Assembly (NCBI GenBank): GCA_035559535.1
Contig: DATMBG010000051.1
Span: 496,001-520,766, forward strand
Reading direction: 5' to 3'
DNA length: 24,766 nt
Source: Candidatus Limnocylindrales bacterium
Lineage (GTDB): Bacteria > Moduliflexota > Moduliflexia > Moduliflexales > JAUQPW01
Shown one piece after another: positions 8,018 through 16,127 of this stretch. A model generated the notes under the pieces. It had not been told where the DNA came from, did no database searches, and saw nothing but the letters and a program-made list of their open reading frames with translations. The position numbers and the translations under genes are program-made. Numbering within the stretch: the stretch's first letter is position 1; the number at the start of each line of letters is the position of its first letter.

Positions 8018-9112
8018 TTGTTAGATTTAGACATCCAATTAAGCCGCGGTAGTTTCAGTTTGGAGGCAAGCTTGAGACTCCATGAACCCATCACGGGCGT
8101 TTTTGGACCCTCGGGTTCCGGCAAGAGTACGCTCCTCCATGTCATTGCAGGTCTTATCACTCCTCAAGCGGGTAAAATCAAACTGGGAGAGATCCTGCTC
8201 TATGATACAGAAAAGAAAATTAACCTGCCGCCCCATAAACGAAGAATCGGATATGTATTTCAGGATGGTCAACTTTTTCCCCATCTTTCTGTAAAAAACA
8301 ATCTCCTCTATGGTTATTGTCTTGTTCCTCGAAACCAAAGACGTTTTAAACTTGATCAAATCGTAAATTTGCTGGAAATTCAATCCCTACTTTCTCGCTA
8401 TCCCCGAAACCTCTCTGGGGGCGAGAAGCAAAGGGTTGCTCTAGGCCGAGCCCTTTTAACGTCTCCCAGGCTCCTGTTATTGGACGAACCTCTGGCTTCT
8501 CTAGATGAAGGCCTTAAGAGGCAGATTCTGCCTTTTTTGAAAAGAATTGCCATTGAAACCCATATCCCCATGATTTATGTGAGCCATGCCATCGGCGAAA
8601 TTCTCCAGTTAACCGATCAAATGGTCGTAATTAAGAATGGACGAATTCTTGGTCAGGGTTCTTTTCTGAAAGTTATGAAAGATGAAAAAATCCTGGAACT
8701 GGCTAAATTATCCGGGCTGGAGAATGTCATACCCGTAGAGGTGGTAGGACACGAGCGGGAGTTGGGACTCACCTTGGCAAAGCTCCACCATCAAACCTTG
8801 AATCTACCCTTCTCCTCTATTCCAGAGGGAGAAAGAACCTTTGTATCGGTTCGACCAGAAGATATTGCCCTGGCTATTCAGCCTGTGACAGGCACTTCCA
8901 TTCAAAATCAGCTTGAAGGAGAGATTCTCGGAATGACGGATGTGGGCAACCGGATATTGGTGGAGGTAGATATCGGCGTCGTGGTACTGGCAGAATTAAC
9001 CATTAAAGCCTTCCATGATCTTAATCTAAAAGAAGGTATGCCCGTTTACTGCTTAATTAAAACCCATGCCTTTACTTACCTGGGAAAACCCTTGAATAGA
9101 GAGGTTTCTTAA
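8018..9112 (+). CDS. modC: Molybdate ABC transporter ATP-binding protein with C-terminal TOBE domain
   Basis: GPSGSGKST, LSGGEKQRVALGRALL, LLLDEP, C-terminal SIQNQLEG...L.LKEG..VY.LIK; TTG 8018 after AGGA preferred over 7961, which overlaps modB. Confidence 0.95.
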   Translation: MLDLDIQLSRGSFSLEASLRLHEPITGVFGPSGSGKSTLLHVIAGLITPQAGKIKLGEILLYDTEKKINLPPHKRRIGYVFQDGQLFPHLSVKNNLLYGYCLVPRNQRRFKLDQIVNLLEIQSLLSRYPRNLSGGEKQRVALGRALLTSPRLLLLDEPLASLDEGLKRQILPFLKRIAIETHIPMIYVSHAIGEILQLTDQMVVIKNGRILGQGSFLKVMKDEKILELAKLSGLENVIPVEVVGHERELGLTLAKLHHQTLNLPFSSIPEGERTFVSVRPEDIALAIQPVTGTSIQNQLEGEILGMTDVGNRILVEVDIGVVVLAELTIKAFHDLNLKEGMPVYCLIKTHAFTYLGKPLNREVS

Positions 9113-9753
9113 TTCTGTAATCCCAGCTTCTCCAGGATAGTTAACTTTTTCTCCTGAACAGATTTCAGTTCCCCTTTTTTGAGAAGATCTAAAATATCCC
9201 AATCTAAAATTTGATGAACAAGCGTTCTTCTCAGAAAGGGGTCTTTAACCTGCCGGTGTATGTTTTCCCTTAATTCTCCCAGGATTTTCAGAAAGGGTTC
9301 GTACTCCTCCCCAAATTCCCTTTCCAGTTTTTCTCGAATTTTTTTAGCCAACGCCGGACTCTTGCCACTGGTAGAAATACTCAACAACAGATCACCTCGC
9401 TTAACCAAAGCCGGAACAATAAAGTTACAATATCTGGGACAATCCACTACATTAACCAGGATGTTTCTTCTCGAAGCATCCCGATAAACCCGGGCATTAA
9501 CCTCAGGTCGGTTTGTAGCGGCTATGACGAGGAACGCCTGGTCCAGATCTTTCTCGTCATATTTTTTGGGTAGATACGTGACCTTTTTCTGATCAATTAA
9601 ATCTTTCAATCCTGCGGTCACTTCGGGACTGATGACCATTACCGAGGCTTCACAGGCTAACAAAGAATTGACTTTCTGCTCGGCTATCTCTCCTCCGCCT
9701 ATAACCAGGCATTTTCGGCCTTTTAATTCGAGGCAAATGGGATAATAAGACAC
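9109..9753 (-). CDS. sirC: Precorrin-2 dehydrogenase / sirohydrochlorin ferrochelatase (SirC/Met8p, CysG N-terminal-like)
   Basis: YYPICLEL.G..CLVIGGGEIA Rossmann motif, VNVVD.P..CNF, ISTSGKSPALAK; likely GTG start at 9753 (ORF track extends to 9810); no methyltransferase domain. Confidence 0.9.
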   Translation of the reverse strand: MSYYPICLELKGRKCLVIGGGEIAEQKVNSLLACEASVMVISPEVTAGLKDLIDQKKVTYLPKKYDEKDLDQAFLVIAATNRPEVNARVYRDASRRNILVNVVDCPRYCNFIVPALVKRGDLLLSISTSGKSPALAKKIREKLEREFGEEYEPFLKILGELRENIHRQVKDPFLRRTLVHQILDWDILDLLKKGELKSVQEKKLTILEKLGLQN

Positions 9754-9781
9754 CGCAATCCATAAGGAGTAGGCCCTAGAC

Positions 9782-9811
9782 CATGGGAAGTAAAACCGGC
9801 TACCTCCCATG
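9782..9811. other. Intercistronic inverted repeat (hairpin)
   Basis: CATGGGAAGTA-AAACCGGC-TACCTCCCATG, 11-bp stem, one position of which pairs only as G-U on the minus-strand transcript. Confidence 0.6.
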
Positions 9812-9836
9812 TACGGTCATAGTCTACGGCCCATCC

Positions 9837-10286
9837 TTAAATACCTACCTCAATATTTTCTATCCTGGCCCCATCTGCATCGATACCCAAGATGATATGA
9901 CAAAGGTGGGTATCGATGGTCAGGCGATAGGCTCCTGGATTTTTAAGGGAGAAAGAAATATTTCGGATTAATTGATCCTTTAGGGTGGTCAGCGACCGAT
10001 TGGTTTCTTTGATCAAACTCAGGATCCTGGAGCCTCTTAAAGTTTTGTGATAAATTCGTAGAAAAACTTGCTCATCTTCACGATCGTAAACCTTCCCGAT
10101 TCTACCTGTTTCAAAACCTATTTCCAGGAGTCTTTCCACATAGCCCATGAGTTCTTCCGGAACTTCTCCCTTTTCAAGGGATTCCAGGAGTGAAATATAT
10201 TTATTACGGGTTTCTCCCTGAAGCTGCCCAGTAAGGGCTTTTATTTCCCGTATAAGGAGTTCTTTTTCTTGAAGATCTATTTCCAT
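9837..10286 (-). CDS. Hypothetical protein in the sulfate-assimilation operon
   Basis: 149-aa ORF, co-oriented between cysH and sirC, protein-like composition; no motif recognised. Confidence 0.8.
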   Translation of the reverse strand: MEIDLQEKELLIREIKALTGQLQGETRNKYISLLESLEKGEVPEELMGYVERLLEIGFETGRIGKVYDREDEQVFLRIYHKTLRGSRILSLIKETNRSLTTLKDQLIRNISFSLKNPGAYRLTIDTHLCHIILGIDADGARIENIEVGI

Positions 10287-10371
10287 TTAAAAAGTTTTCA
10301 GGTATCCATCCTTAAAGGGCTTAAAGTGAGCTAGAGTTGGAGAAAACTCTAGCCATTCTAAGCCCTTTCCT

Positions 10372-11178
10372 TCATCCTTCCTCTTCTTTCAATAAAGCTT
10401 CCAGTTCGTGCTCAAATCCGCCTGTGAGAAGGCTGCAATGCATACCACACTCCTTAGGTGCATTAATTTCCCACCACCAGCGGCCTGCCCGGGGATTCTC
10501 GCCGGGTTTAACAGGACGCGTGCAGGGATAGCAACCGATACTGGTATAACCTTTATCGTAAAGTCTGTTGTAGGGAACCCGATGAGTTCTGATATAATCC
10601 CAAACCTCTTCCTCCGTCCAATCGGCCAGAGGATTAACCTTCACCACACCCCCGTGATCGTGATCCAGCTCGATTTTCCGAATATTGGTTCGGGAGGCCC
10701 ATTGATCTCTTCTCAATCCGGTTATCCAGGCGTCCAACCCAGTTAAAGCCCGAAGTAAGGGGCGCACCTTTCGAACTTCGCAGCACATCAATCGGAGTTT
10801 AACACTTCGGTAAAAGAGGTTGACTCCATGTTTTTTGACCAACTTCTCCACCTCGTGGGTATTGGGATAGTAGACCTCTATGTTGATTCCATATTGCCCC
10901 CTTACTTCCTCCATGAGTTCGTAAGTCTCCTCTGGAAGTCGACCGGTATCCAGGGTGATGACCCGTACCTCGGGATTGATTCGCCAGGCCATATCCAGAA
11001 GAACCATCCCATCTATTTGAAAACTGGTAATCAACGCCAATCTCGGATGAAACTCTTGGAAAGCCCATCGGATGACTTCTGTTGGTTCCTGGTCGTCGAA
11101 CTGAACGGCCAGTTCTCCGACTTCTAAGTCGTCTAACTTTCGTCGAGGTTCTGATTGTAATAAGTTGGTCGTTTCCAA
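10372..11178 (-). CDS. cysH: Adenosine 5'-phosphosulfate (APS) reductase, [4Fe-4S] type, CysH family
   Basis: LDTGRLPEETY, CC pair (MCCEVRKV), WITGLRRDQ, CxxC (SIGCYPCT), RAGRWWWE, C-terminal ECGMH; TTG start directly after the sir stop, SD GGAGG. Confidence 0.95.
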   Translation of the reverse strand: METTNLLQSEPRRKLDDLEVGELAVQFDDQEPTEVIRWAFQEFHPRLALITSFQIDGMVLLDMAWRINPEVRVITLDTGRLPEETYELMEEVRGQYGINIEVYYPNTHEVEKLVKKHGVNLFYRSVKLRLMCCEVRKVRPLLRALTGLDAWITGLRRDQWASRTNIRKIELDHDHGGVVKVNPLADWTEEEVWDYIRTHRVPYNRLYDKGYTSIGCYPCTRPVKPGENPRAGRWWWEINAPKECGMHCSLLTGGFEHELEALLKEEEG

Positions 11179-11179
11179 T

Positions 11180-12796
11180 TTATTTTCCCTCCATTAAATT
11201 TTTAAGTTGTTCGTCCTGATGTTTGAGACAAAATTCTTGAAAACTTATAGCCTCCTTTTCTTTCCGGTAAGCCTGATAAGCCCGGATCAACCTCTCCAGG
11301 TAGTATTTAACTTGATCTGCCGGTACTCTTCGTCCTATGGCCTTGCCGATAAGGGGCTTATTTCCCAATCCACCTCCCAGGAAGATATCATAAGCTTCTA
11401 TTTTTTCTCCTTCAGGAGATCGGGCCGTGGTCCCTTGAAGACCGATATCTCCCACCCAGTGGGCCCCACAGGCATGGGGACACCCGTCCAGGTAAATCCG
11501 AAGATCGTCGACTCCTTCCCCCATGGCATTCTCCAGATGGGAAATGATCTCGGCAAGTCTTCCCTTTGTTTCGGTGACGGCAAAGTTACAATGAGGTTGT
11601 CCGGTACAGGCAATTCCGGGTCCCCGGAGCCGACTGACTTTGAGTGTAAAACCTATTGCTTCCATTCTTTCAAGAACCTGGGTTAGTCGGGATTCGGGAA
11701 TATAGGTGATAATAAAATTCTGCTCTCGGGTTAGACGAATATCCTTTCCCTCCTGGGCAACAAGCTCTGCTATCTGAATCATCTGCTCACTGCTAAGGCG
11801 TCCTGTGAACACCGGAAACCCCAGGTAGTAGAATCCCCTTTGTTTCTGTTCACAAATACCCAGGTGGGAAGTTCGACCAACAGATTGCTCCAGCAGAGGT
11901 AGTTCCGGGAAATCTTCCAGCTTCCTTCCTAACTTGTTCTCAATGAGGTTTCGAAAAGCTTCCGGACCGTAATCATCGACCATGAACTTCAGGCGTGCCT
12001 TGATAAAAGATCGGCGATAGGTCAGGTCATCTTTCCAGACATCCAGAATGGCCCGAATCACAGGTAAAGTATCTGCCATGGAAACGAAAACCCCCAACGG
12101 TTTTGCAATCCTTGGTACTGTTGAGAGACCTCCTCCGACCCAAACTGTAAAGCCCAGTTGCTCCTGACCTGCTACCATCCTTTTAACCCCTACAAAGGCC
12201 TGGCAGTGAATCTCTGGGGCATTACATCGATAGGCACAGGCGGAAAGTGTTATTTTATGTTTCCTGGGAAGATCTGAATATTCTGGATTCCCATCCAGGA
12301 ATCGGGCAATTTCCCTTACAAGGGGCGATGCATCGAACAATTCCTGCCTATCCAATCCGGCTACCGGACACCCGGTTATATTTCTTACCACATCCCCACA
12401 GGCTCCCACCGTGGATAAACCTGCTTCCTGAAGGATTTGGAAGATCTCCGGCAAGGTTTCCAGTCGAATCCAGTGAAGTTGAATATCCTGTCGGGTCGTA
12501 ATTTCTCCATAGCCCTTACCAAATTTCCTGGAAATCTCTCCGATGGTTCTTAATTTTTGAGGGGTCAAAATGCCGTTAGGGATCTTAATACGCATCATGA
12601 AAGTACCCATTTTAGGTTTGTCATGATACAACCCGTACCATTGAAGACGAACCATATCTTCCTCGGGAATATCCTCGTAGCCTTTCTGGATCAGTTCAGG
12701 AAGTTCGTGGATAATCTCCAACGGCATTTTCTCCTTCTTCAACCGTTCTCGAGGATTCTTTTTGATGATTTGATCATACGTCCCTATTTCACCCAT
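11180..12796 (-). CDS. sir: Siroheme ferredoxin-dependent sulfite (nitrite/sulfite) reductase
   Basis: LQWYGLY, ITTRQDIQLHW, GACGDVVRN, LPRKHKI, siroheme/Fe-S ligands ACTGQPHCNFA and GCPHACG; SD AAGGAG; context with cysH indicates sulfite. Confidence 0.92.
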   Translation of the reverse strand: MGEIGTYDQIIKKNPRERLKKEKMPLEIIHELPELIQKGYEDIPEEDMVRLQWYGLYHDKPKMGTFMMRIKIPNGILTPQKLRTIGEISRKFGKGYGEITTRQDIQLHWIRLETLPEIFQILQEAGLSTVGACGDVVRNITGCPVAGLDRQELFDASPLVREIARFLDGNPEYSDLPRKHKITLSACAYRCNAPEIHCQAFVGVKRMVAGQEQLGFTVWVGGGLSTVPRIAKPLGVFVSMADTLPVIRAILDVWKDDLTYRRSFIKARLKFMVDDYGPEAFRNLIENKLGRKLEDFPELPLLEQSVGRTSHLGICEQKQRGFYYLGFPVFTGRLSSEQMIQIAELVAQEGKDIRLTREQNFIITYIPESRLTQVLERMEAIGFTLKVSRLRGPGIACTGQPHCNFAVTETKGRLAEIISHLENAMGEGVDDLRIYLDGCPHACGAHWVGDIGLQGTTARSPEGEKIEAYDIFLGGGLGNKPLIGKAIGRRVPADQVKYYLERLIRAYQAYRKEKEAISFQEFCLKHQDEQLKNLMEGK

Positions 12797-12854
12797 ATCT
12801 TTCTCCTTGAGTTTGCTTACCTGGTTTCAAGAAAGGTCCTCCGTATCTTAAACA

Positions 12855-12883
12855 CAAAAAGTTATGGGTCTAAAGTCCATAAT
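12855..12883 (-). terminator. Weak terminator-like hairpin in the sir leader
   Basis: Minus strand TTATGG-actttagac-CCATAA followed by CTTTTTG. Confidence 0.35.
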
Positions 12884-13131
12884 TCCCTTCTCTCTTTCCA
12901 GGGGATAACCTTCAGGGTTCTAATAATTCCCTTTTAAAATTTTCCGTGGGTTATTTTCCCCACATCATCTGCTCATGGGACTAAAGACCTTTGATAAAGA
13001 ACCCGGCATAGACAGAAAACTGCCGGCAAAACCCTTGGACCCCAATAGGTACCAAAATAAAATTTTAAGAAACTTGAGTTATTTGCCGCTCATAACGGTT
13101 TATTGGGAAATTTTTATGAAGGAACTCAGAA

Positions 13132-13350
13132 CTAGCTACAACAACACATGTTGCAACAACAGGGGGAGGACATGGAGGCTCGGAGGAAGGTTAAAGTATG
13201 GGGGGAGGTTTTCACAGAGGCAGGTAATACACTTCCCTTAAAGGGAACCAGGGAATAGTAAGGATAGGATAAACAATCACTCCTCGAATTACTCCTCAAG
13301 GGTATTGCTCCATTGAAACGATAGATTGTAGATGGATTAATCGTTTTCAT
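13132..13350 (-). CDS. Putative cysteine-rich leader peptide (72 aa, ends MSSPCCCNMCCCS)
   Basis: ATG at 13350 preceded by AGGACGG; last codons TGT TGT TGC AAC ATG TGT TGT TGT AGC TAG; same strand as and 335 nt upstream of sir. Confidence 0.6.
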   Translation of the reverse strand: MKTINPSTIYRFNGAIPLRSNSRSDCLSYPYYSLVPFKGSVLPASVKTSPHTLTFLRASMSSPCCCNMCCCS

Positions 13351-13498
13351 AGTTAAACCGTCCTACTTTAGGATCTCCGGTTCTTGCAGGATTCCAGGAT
13401 CCATAAAATAAGAAATTCTTATATTGATATAAGATTCCCCTACGACCTTTAGATCATAACGGGGGATCAATCCCATTCAAGCTCACAGCTATGTATTA

Positions 13499-13525
13499 AG
13501 TATACCAGGGGATGAAAACTGTCAA
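13499..13525 (-). promoter_or_regulatory. Candidate sigma70 promoter for the leader ORF and sir-cysH operon
   Basis: Minus strand TTGACA (13525-13520), 15-nt spacer, extended -10 TG-G-TATACT (13504-13499); spacer is short. Confidence 0.5.
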
Positions 13526-13973
13526 TAGGATTTTATCATTTTTTCAGCAGTAAACCAATTCAGCTGAAGGTTTTGAGTATTTGTAATAACCTTTGATCTC
13601 TAACTCGGATACAAAGGACACCCCGGTTAGAGGGATAATCGAAATCCCCTTTGACTAAGAGGTAGTTTTTTCTAACCTGACCCCCTCATCCCTCCTGATC
13701 TCTCTGGAGGATAAAAAGAATAGGTGAGCGAGGAATCGGAAAAGCAAGACTTGAAGGCTCCCCGGCTTATAAAGCCGGCAAATTTAATATTCCTTTCATT
13801 ATTTTTTTATATTTTTTTAATCATTAAGCCCTATCCTTGACTTAAGTAAAGATAAATGAGACTTCTTCTCGTATTAAGAGTTCTAACTATCAGAATAACA
13901 GCTTTTTTATTATCATTTGTATTGTTTTATGCTATTCGATTATTTTTAGTATTTTTTACCCTATAAATTTCCG

Positions 13974-14003
13974 TTGACTACTTAGGGAATATGTGCATAG
14001 AAT
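13974..14003 (+). promoter_or_regulatory. Candidate sigma70 promoter for the receiver-domain gene
   Basis: TTGACT-N18-TAGAAT preceded by a very AT-rich tract. Confidence 0.45.
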
Positions 14004-14145
14004 ATATCACAAAAATTCTTCCGACCGGTTTTAATTTATTCCTATCTTAACTCATAGATTCTTAATATGAGTCAATTGGATTGAATGATAAGGATAAAGA
14101 TACAAAGGTAGTGGGTAGTCCCAGTAAAAACAAGGAGGCGTTACC

Positions 14146-14538
14146 ATGCTAGAAACAGATCATTTTCCCAAGGCTTTGGTCATAGACTCGGATCCCAGTA
14201 GTCGAAAAAGTCTGGAGGAAATGCTGAATGAACAGGGTTATCAGGTCAGAGGGGTTGGGGGAATAGGTGAAGCAGCCCCGTTTTTTAAGGATGAAAATTT
14301 TTCTCTGATTATCGGTGAGTTTGGATTTCCAGGATCCGATGAAACCCAAATTTTAGAATTTGTGCGGCGTTTAAGATCCAAAGCCAAAATAATTTTGATT
14401 GCTCCTAACTTAGGGGCGGAAATGTATATTAAAGCTCGAGCTTATGGAGCCTTCGATTGTATCGACAAATCCTTAGAGAAATCGGCTTTAAGGGAAATTA
14501 TCAAACTAAAAAACTATGACCTTTCCCATATTTTGTGA
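14146..14538 (+). CDS. Single-domain response regulator (atypical receiver, Glu at the phospho-acceptor position)
   Basis: REC-fold pattern KALVIDSD...L...GY.V...SLIIGEFGFP...GAFDCIDK; SD AAGGAGG. Confidence 0.85.
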   Translation: MLETDHFPKALVIDSDPSSRKSLEEMLNEQGYQVRGVGGIGEAAPFFKDENFSLIIGEFGFPGSDETQILEFVRRLRSKAKIILIAPNLGAEMYIKARAYGAFDCIDKSLEKSALREIIKLKNYDLSHIL

Positions 14539-14968
14539 TCTCCATGTCTTTATCTGATCGCCTTATCACAAACTTCTTTGCAGACTTTTTTGTCCAGGCT
14601 GGGAAAAAATCGAGATACTCTCCCCTTGTAAAAATATTTTCCCCTGGAAGTCCACTTGAATCAAGGGTATCAGAACGATAATAACGGTCTATATTTTGTT
14701 TCTTCTTTTTGTTTACGTTTCCCTTCTTTAACACCAGCATACCAGGTGCAGCGGTGAAATAATCACCCGTCAAAGAGGGGCTGATCACGTTATATCCTGC
14801 ATATATTCCTCGTCCTGAGTTAACTCCTTCCTGATGGCCAATTTATTAAGCAGGTATCTGGTATCCTTGCCTAAAAAGCTGGCATTTTCATCAGGGGGGA
14901 ATCTTACTTCTTTTCCCAGAACTTTAGAAATTATGGTACCTTACACAGGTATTTAACCAACCACAAGA

Positions 14969-14984
14969 TGGTACTCCCTTTGCT
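14969..14984 (+). promoter_or_regulatory. Sigma54 (-24/-12) promoter upstream of the Dpp/Opp ATPase genes
   Basis: TGGTACTCCCTTTGCT: GG-N10-GC with TTGCT, matching TGGYAC-N5-TTGCW. Confidence 0.7.
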
Positions 14985-15068
14985 TTTATATTTTCAGAGG
15001 TTTCAAAAGATTTCAACAGGCAAGGTCGGTCAAACGTCCTCGTTTGACGGTGGGTCATCGGTAAGATT

Positions 15069-16127
15069 ATGTACGGTACCCAACTTCTTACAAACAGAAA
15101 GCAAACAGATGAAATGTTGTTCCAGATTAAAGACCTGAGTCTTACTCTGTACGGTCAGGGAAAACCAGCTCGCATTTTGAATAACATTGATCTTTATATT
15201 AGAGAATCGGAAGTTGTGGGATTGATAGGAGAAACTGGTAGTGGAAAGTCATTAACAGCACTCACAGCGCTTCGTTTACTTCCACCTTCGATATCGGCTT
15301 CTGTAGAAGGAGAAGTGTTTTTCGAGGGAAGAGATTTACTTCAAGAGGATGAGGATTATCTTCGAACCATTCGGGGGAGCAGGATTTGTATTATTTTCCA
15401 GGATCCGATGAGTTATTTAAATCCTGTTTTGACGGTGGGAAGACAACTGGTGGATGTTATTCTGGCTCATAACCTTCTGGGAGAAAGTTCTCGGCGATTT
15501 CCTTTATACAAAGGGGATCTACGAAAAAAAGCTACCGCTCATGCCCTTCAAATCCTCAAGGATGTTGGGATTCCCAGACAGGAAGTAATTTTGAGGAGCT
15601 ATCCCCATGAGCTAAGTGGTGGGATGGGACAAAGGGTTTTGATCGCGATGGCGCTTCTATGTAATCCCCGATTGATTATCGCCGATGAACCTACGGCCTC
15701 CCTGGATGTGACCCTACAAGTCCAAATTCTCAAACTTTTGAAACAGAGGGTTCAGGAACGTAAGACGGCCCTGCTCCTCATATCCCATGATCTGGGTATT
15801 ATCCGTTCTCTATGCCATCGGGTTTATGTCATGTATGCGGGTGAAATCGTAGAGTCAGGGGATGTCGAGACGGTGATCCATAAGCCTGCACATCCCTATA
15901 CCCAAAAACTTATTAATGCCATTCCGAGTCGTGAGTTGGATAAGAGATTAACCGGTATAGAAGGGACGGTTTGTGATTTTACAGAACCTCCTCCAGGATG
16001 TCGATTTGAACCGCGATGTTCAAGTAGAATGCTTGTCTGTAAGTTGGAAAAACCTATTCTCATCGAGTTTGAACCCAACCATCAAGTAAGTTGTTTTCTC
16101 TATGAAAACCGAAACCATCTTGAATAA
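15069..16127 (+). CDS. Peptide/nickel-family ABC transporter ATP-binding protein (DppD/OppD-like; start may be ATG 15114)
   Basis: GETGSGKS, IFQDPM..LNP, YPHELSGGMGQR, ADEPT, C-terminal HPYT...GCRFEPRC...C...HQVSC. Confidence 0.94.
   Translation: MYGTQLLTNRKQTDEMLFQIKDLSLTLYGQGKPARILNNIDLYIRESEVVGLIGETGSGKSLTALTALRLLPPSISASVEGEVFFEGRDLLQEDEDYLRTIRGSRICIIFQDPMSYLNPVLTVGRQLVDVILAHNLLGESSRRFPLYKGDLRKKATAHALQILKDVGIPRQEVILRSYPHELSGGMGQRVLIAMALLCNPRLIIADEPTASLDVTLQVQILKLLKQRVQERKTALLLISHDLGIIRSLCHRVYVMYAGEIVESGDVETVIHKPAHPYTQKLINAIPSRELDKRLTGIEGTVCDFTEPPPGCRFEPRCSSRMLVCKLEKPILIEFEPNHQVSCFLYENRNHLE

Noticed and set aside
11180-12796. Nitrite reductase assignment
   Set aside because: Directly coupled to APS reductase and preceded by a Cys-rich leader; no nitrate reductase in the window.
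13132-13173. CCCNMCCCS as a RiPP (TOMM/thiopeptide) core or a metallothionein
   Set aside because: No YcaO, dehydrogenase, radical SAM or exporter genes in the window; the position upstream of the cysteine-supply operon fits attenuation better. Not fully excluded.
12975-13241. 88-aa plus-strand ORF
   Set aside because: Antisense to the sir leader and the Cys-rich ORF, with no SD or motif.
13762-13778. Hairpin CCGGCTT-ata-AAGCCGG resembling an IS200/IS605 end
   Set aside because: No tnpA/tnpB remnant or second end nearby; a single short stem is insufficient evidence.
14734-14750. NtrC box near GGTGCA
   Set aside because: Only a half-site; no TGCACC-like partner at the required spacing.
14501-14788. 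95-aa minus-strand ORF
   Set aside because: Overlaps the receiver gene, has no adjacent SD and no recognisable motif; could be a decayed gene but this cannot be supported.
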